From NCBI GenBank assembly GCA_050633305.1, contig JBOEGF010000015.1, positions 128,001 through 192,000 on the forward strand: DNA of 64,000 nucleotides, read 5' to 3'. The notes beneath the pieces are model-generated. The model was not told the DNA's origin, did not search any database, and saw only the letters and a list, made by a program, of their open reading frames with translations. Source of the stretch: Nannocystales bacterium (GTDB lineage Bacteria > Myxococcota_A > Polyangia > Nannocystales > Nannocystaceae). Shown in pieces: positions 60,040 through 64,000 of the stretch. The stretch's first letter is position 1. Each line of letters opens with the position of its first letter. The position numbers were made by a program, and so were the translations under genes.

Positions 60040-60975
60040 GTGAACTACCAAGGCCGTCTGGTGCAGCAATTCCGACCCATCCACTTCGCGCGGCTCAAAC
60101 ACCTGGCGGTCTTCGCAATCGTTGTGGACGCAGGCAGCTTCACCAAGGCTGGGAAGCGGCTGGGCTTGGCCAAGTCCGCGGTGAGCCGCTACGTCAGCGA
60201 GCTCGAGGAAGAGGTCGGCGTCGCACTGTTGACCCGCACGACGCGGAAGCTTGTTCTGACCGAGCCCGGAGAGCGGTTCTATGTCGACTGTGCGCGGTTC
60301 GTGGAGGCGGCCACGGATTCCTTCGATGCGGTCGAACCCGACGCCCACCTACTCGGCTCGCTCCACGTTGGGGCGACACATGCGTTTGGTCGACACGTCG
60401 TGTTACCCGCGATCAACACGTTCCTTGGCCTGCATCCGGACCTATCGGTGCAGATGAGTCTCAACGATCGGCACGTCGACCTCGTCACGCAGGGCATCGA
60501 CCTGACGTTTCGGATCGGCACGCCCGGGACGGCGCCATCGTACGTCTCTCGAAGAATCGCGACCACGCGGTTCGAGCTGTTCGCGTCACGGAAGTTCGTC
60601 GAGACTCATGATCTTTCGAGCCTGCGGTCACTCGAGTCGCTGCCTTGGGTTCTCAGTCCGCTTGGTCCGAACCCCGAGACCTGGGTGTTCCGCAAGCGCG
60701 GCAAGACGGAGACCATTCACACCAAGAGTCGGCTGCTCACCGACAGCGCGGAGGTTGCGGTCCATGCCGGGGAGCTTGGGATGGGCGTGGTGGGGATCCC
60801 CGACTTCATGCGGTCGGCGTGCGACGGACTCGTGCCGGTCTTCACGGACTACGTCGTGGAACCCGAGCTCGCTGTCTACGCGGTCTACCCTCGGCGACGA
60901 TTCGTGTCCCCTAGGGTCAGGGGGTTTCTCGCTCATCTCGAGCCGCTCCTAGTTTGGACGAAGCAGGAGGCGTAG
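60040..60975 (+). CDS. LysR-family regulator
   Basis: GSFTKA, KSAVSR, LLTRTTR, DLV..GIDL. Confidence 0.93.
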   Translation: MNYQGRLVQQFRPIHFARLKHLAVFAIVVDAGSFTKAGKRLGLAKSAVSRYVSELEEEVGVALLTRTTRKLVLTEPGERFYVDCARFVEAATDSFDAVEPDAHLLGSLHVGATHAFGRHVVLPAINTFLGLHPDLSVQMSLNDRHVDLVTQGIDLTFRIGTPGTAPSYVSRRIATTRFELFASRKFVETHDLSSLRSLESLPWVLSPLGPNPETWVFRKRGKTETIHTKSRLLTDSAEVAVHAGELGMGVVGIPDFMRSACDGLVPVFTDYVVEPELAVYAVYPRRRFVSPRVRGFLAHLEPLLVWTKQEA

Positions 60976-60982
60976 AACGAGA

Positions 60983-61014
60983 AACGCCCGCGTCGCGTGA
61001 AGCGAGCGGGCGTT
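60983..61014. terminator. Hairpin between convergent genes
   Basis: AACGCCCGC...GCGGGCGTT. Confidence 0.55.
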
Positions 61015-61032
61015 CAAACGCTGAGGTGCGCG

Positions 61033-62184
61033 CTACTCTTGGCGAGGAACGCAGACCGGAGCCGTCTTGGGTGCAGCGGTGCTGTCGCCGATGTGGCGGT
61101 CCCGCGTCTCCATGAACAGGTCCGGGAAGTCGTCGCAGTTGGCGTTGCTGGCCTTGGCCTGCAGCACACAGCTTCCGGACTCTCCGTCATCGAGGGATAC
61201 GCAGAAGGTGGTGGCGTTGCCGCGGTTCGGGCAGAAGCCTTCGCACTCGAGGCTGCATCGCGAGAGTTCAGCGCCCACGGGTAGATCGCAGACACCGTCG
61301 AGTGCCGCGCCGAGGATGCAGTCTTCGTCGCCTTCGCAGGTGTCACCAACCCATGGTGGGGTCACTCCGTTGAGTTGCGGGAAGGTGCCGACGTCGTCGA
61401 GGTTGGTGAACGTGTAGTCCTCGGCCTTCATCTGGCGGATGATCTCCGGCAGTGCGTTGGCGGTGTACTTGTGGATGTCGTGGAACAAGACGATGCCGCC
61501 GCTCTTGGAGCGGACCTGTTGCATCGTCCAGCCCGGCATGTCGCTGCGAAAGCCGTCGGGGACGTGGCGGAAGCGGGACTCGGGACAGTGGCCGTTGTCG
61601 GGCGCAAAGCACCAGTCGCCGCTGTCGACGTTCCACCCCGTGATGATCTGGTCGTACTCGTCGCGCACGACGCTGGCGGTGTTGCAGGTGCTGGCGCCGT
61701 ACGGGAACCGGAAATACTTGGGGGTCGCGTACTCGGCGATGATGTCGTCGGTTCGCTTCACCTGGTCACGCACGGTATCGAGGCTCTGCTGCGTGAGGTT
61801 CTTGTGCTGGTGCGAGTGGTTCGCGAGGATGTGCCCCTCGTCGATGATCCGCTGGATGATCGGACGGGTGCTGTCGTTGACGCGGTTGCCGTTGATGAAG
61901 AACGTGGCTTGGATACCCTCGTCGCGGAGGGTGTCGAGGACCTGCGGGGTGCTGGTGGTGTTGGGGCCGTCGTCGAACGTGAGCGCGACGCGGTTCCCGA
62001 AGCCGATGCGGTCGGGCGTGAGGACGCCTGAGCATCCGTTGGTGTCGGCCTTGCCCTCTTCGAGTTCATCAAACGCCTCGCTGAACGCCTCGGACTCCTC
62101 CGCCTGGTGGCTGTCACCACACCCTCCCAACAAGAGCGAGATCGAGACCGCTCCCGCTGTCATCCGAATAAGCTTCCCCAGCAT
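61033..62184 (-). CDS. Polysaccharide deacetylase lipoprotein with Cys-rich C-terminus
   Basis: LTFDDGP, NHSHQH, FRFPYG, LFHD. Confidence 0.9.
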   Translation of the reverse strand: MLGKLIRMTAGAVSISLLLGGCGDSHQAEESEAFSEAFDELEEGKADTNGCSGVLTPDRIGFGNRVALTFDDGPNTTSTPQVLDTLRDEGIQATFFINGNRVNDSTRPIIQRIIDEGHILANHSHQHKNLTQQSLDTVRDQVKRTDDIIAEYATPKYFRFPYGASTCNTASVVRDEYDQIITGWNVDSGDWCFAPDNGHCPESRFRHVPDGFRSDMPGWTMQQVRSKSGGIVLFHDIHKYTANALPEIIRQMKAEDYTFTNLDDVGTFPQLNGVTPPWVGDTCEGDEDCILGAALDGVCDLPVGAELSRCSLECEGFCPNRGNATTFCVSLDDGESGSCVLQAKASNANCDDFPDLFMETRDRHIGDSTAAPKTAPVCVPRQE

Positions 62185-62334
62185 GGGTGAGACTATGTAG
62201 GTACAGCGGAGCGTCGTCCACCCGAATCCGGCCGTCGAAAGCGGGAGGGTTGCGGAGTAGCGCGGTCTTGCGCCTCTGACACGGGGAAACCCTGGGTCTG
62301 TGGGGTCGCCCGGCGGTGACGGTCGGAAACGCGC

Positions 62335-63438
62335 CTAGACGATGCTCATCGGCGAGACGTCCTGCTCGCTGAGCGTCCACTCGACCGCCCCACATCGCGT
62401 CGCGATCGCATCTCGGTAGTTTCGCAGGAAAGGGCGTTCGGTATTCGTGTGTCCCGCCAGCAGCACGACCTTGCCGCGCTGCACCATGTCGAGGACCTGA
62501 TGATGCTGCATCTCTCCGGTGATGTACGCATCGGCCGTCTTGTATTTCTCGAACAGTGAGCCGCCCGCTCCCACACACACGGCGATGGACTCGACGTGGC
62601 CCGGGTGCTCGTTTCCATACTCCGGCGGGATGGCGGCCTTGAGCTTCTTGACCCCCAGGTGGCGCTTGACTCGTCGGATCAGGGCCTCGGCTGAGACCGG
62701 TGTCCGCAGATGCATGCATCGGCCCGGCGTTTGCTCTTCCTCTTCCGGCCGGGGTTGGGCGCTGAGTTCCACAACCTCGACGGTAGGCTCGGGGCGGGGG
62801 TGGGCCTCCCGTGCCCGCTTGATGACTGCGCCAAGCGCGTCGCGCCAACACGAAGCTTCGATGCGAACCTCTTCCGCTTGCCCGACCTCGCCCGCGAGAC
62901 CGAAGCTGCCGACGCCCTCCACACTAAACGCCGACCGGTCGTCACCACCAATGCCACCTGCGCCAGCGTCCGACATCGCCGCCCGCACATCAGCGGCCGC
63001 GTCGCGTGGGGCGTAGACGATGACTTTGTAGCGATGCAGTCGGTGGTCCCGGGGAACGCCGATGGACCAGCGGACCGACTGCTTTCCCAGCCCGTCGCAG
63101 AGCCAGTCGTTCATGCCGCCACGAACGGCATCGAGCGAGGTGTGTGGGCTGTAGACGGCGATGCCGGTCCGGACGGCCTTGGCGAGCATGCGCTCTTTCC
63201 AGTCCCGGTCCGCAAGGCGGGCGAGCGCTCGGAAAATCGGCGGGTGATAGGAGACGACCAGCTGACACTTGCTCTCGATCGCCTCATTCAAGACCGCGGG
63301 CGTGAGGTCGATGCAGAGCATGCCTTTACGGACCCGCTTGCCATCGCCCGCGAGGTGCAGACCCACTTGATCCCAACCCTCGGCGAGGTGCTCGGGTGCG
63401 ATTCCTCGGAGCGCTGCCAACACATCGTCAAGCTTCAC
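62335..63438 (-). CDS. Nif3-like dinuclear metal protein (YqfO type)
   Basis: WDQVGL, YHPPIF, HTSLD, TGE, GHTNTE; PII-like insert. Confidence 0.9.
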   Translation of the reverse strand: MKLDDVLAALRGIAPEHLAEGWDQVGLHLAGDGKRVRKGMLCIDLTPAVLNEAIESKCQLVVSYHPPIFRALARLADRDWKERMLAKAVRTGIAVYSPHTSLDAVRGGMNDWLCDGLGKQSVRWSIGVPRDHRLHRYKVIVYAPRDAAADVRAAMSDAGAGGIGGDDRSAFSVEGVGSFGLAGEVGQAEEVRIEASCWRDALGAVIKRAREAHPRPEPTVEVVELSAQPRPEEEEQTPGRCMHLRTPVSAEALIRRVKRHLGVKKLKAAIPPEYGNEHPGHVESIAVCVGAGGSLFEKYKTADAYITGEMQHHQVLDMVQRGKVVLLAGHTNTERPFLRNYRDAIATRCGAVEWTLSEQDVSPMSIV

Positions 63439-63578
63439 GGTCGAAGGGTACTGCGACGAACCCCCGAAAAAATCTACGGCGAACGGCGTGGTTCCGTGAC
63501 GCGCCTGACACTTTAGGCGACGTACTTTATGCAATCTAAACTCGGAAAAGAGAGGCGGTAGAAGTGTCGAACGTCAGG

Positions 63579-64000
63579 ATGCAGCGCACACTGGGAGTTT
63601 GGGCGGTCGGGGTCGGACTTGGCCTGTGTGGGTGTGGAGGGGCCAGTTCCGCCGACGTCGCCGCGGACAGCTCGGGTGGTATCGACTCGCTCACCGCAGA
63701 CCCCAGTTCTTCGGGAGATGTCGTGGAGACCAGTACCACGGCGGCCAGCAGCGGCGATGACGCCAGCAGCAGCGGCCCAGCGGAGGGCACGACAGGCGCG
63801 ACGTCGGCGTCCTCTTCGGGTGGCCCGGGGACGAGTACGGGCGACGCACAATCCGAGACGACGGGGGGAACGACCGTCGCCGTTCTCCCCGAAACGTCGG
63901 GAAGCACGATGGACTGCCCCAGCGCGGAAGTTCAGTTCGAGCCGATCATCCCGACCGTCATCCTCTTGATCGACCAGTCCGGCAGCATGACCGCTGGCTT
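63579..64000 (+). CDS. VWA-domain lipoprotein, 3' end off window
   Basis: LCGC lipobox, S/T/G linker, ILLIDQSGSM MIDAS motif. Confidence 0.75.
   Translation, partial: MQRTLGVWAVGVGLGLCGCGGASSADVAADSSGGIDSLTADPSSSGDVVETSTTAASSGDDASSSGPAEGTTGATSASSSGGPGTSTGDAQSETTGGTTVAVLPETSGSTMDCPSAEVQFEPIIPTVILLIDQSGSMTAG

Overview
High-GC window, probably from a myxobacterium (Myxococcota; MYXO-CTERM protein, many Cys-rich lipoproteins, kinase/ECF pairs). Positions 1 to about 22.9 kb are the right-hand part of a prophage, almost entirely on the minus strand. It runs from a tyrosine integrase through recombination and replication genes (RecE-like nuclease, MTase, RuvC-like resolvase, initiator with internal repeats, DnaB), a peptidase M15-like lysin, two fibre/baseplate-like genes and the terminase to a truncated portal. 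The prophage abuts bioF-bioD. The chromosomal origin region follows: mnmE-jag-yidC-yidD-rnpA-rpmH, then dnaA-oriC-dnaN-recF-gyrB. The dnaN-recF-gyrB cluster is split by about 10 kb of lipoprotein and ECF-sigma genes, and a palindromic G-run repeat array sits inside the origin. The right end holds a Ser/Thr kinase-ECF pair and the best candidate for an undescribed system: a DUF692/MNIO oxidase plus a small partner, divergent from a degenerate nucleotidyltransferase and a membrane protein ending in a (CGGGG)n Cys/Gly tail. No tRNA, rRNA or CRISPR array was recognised. All calls come from motif reading by eye; no searches were run.
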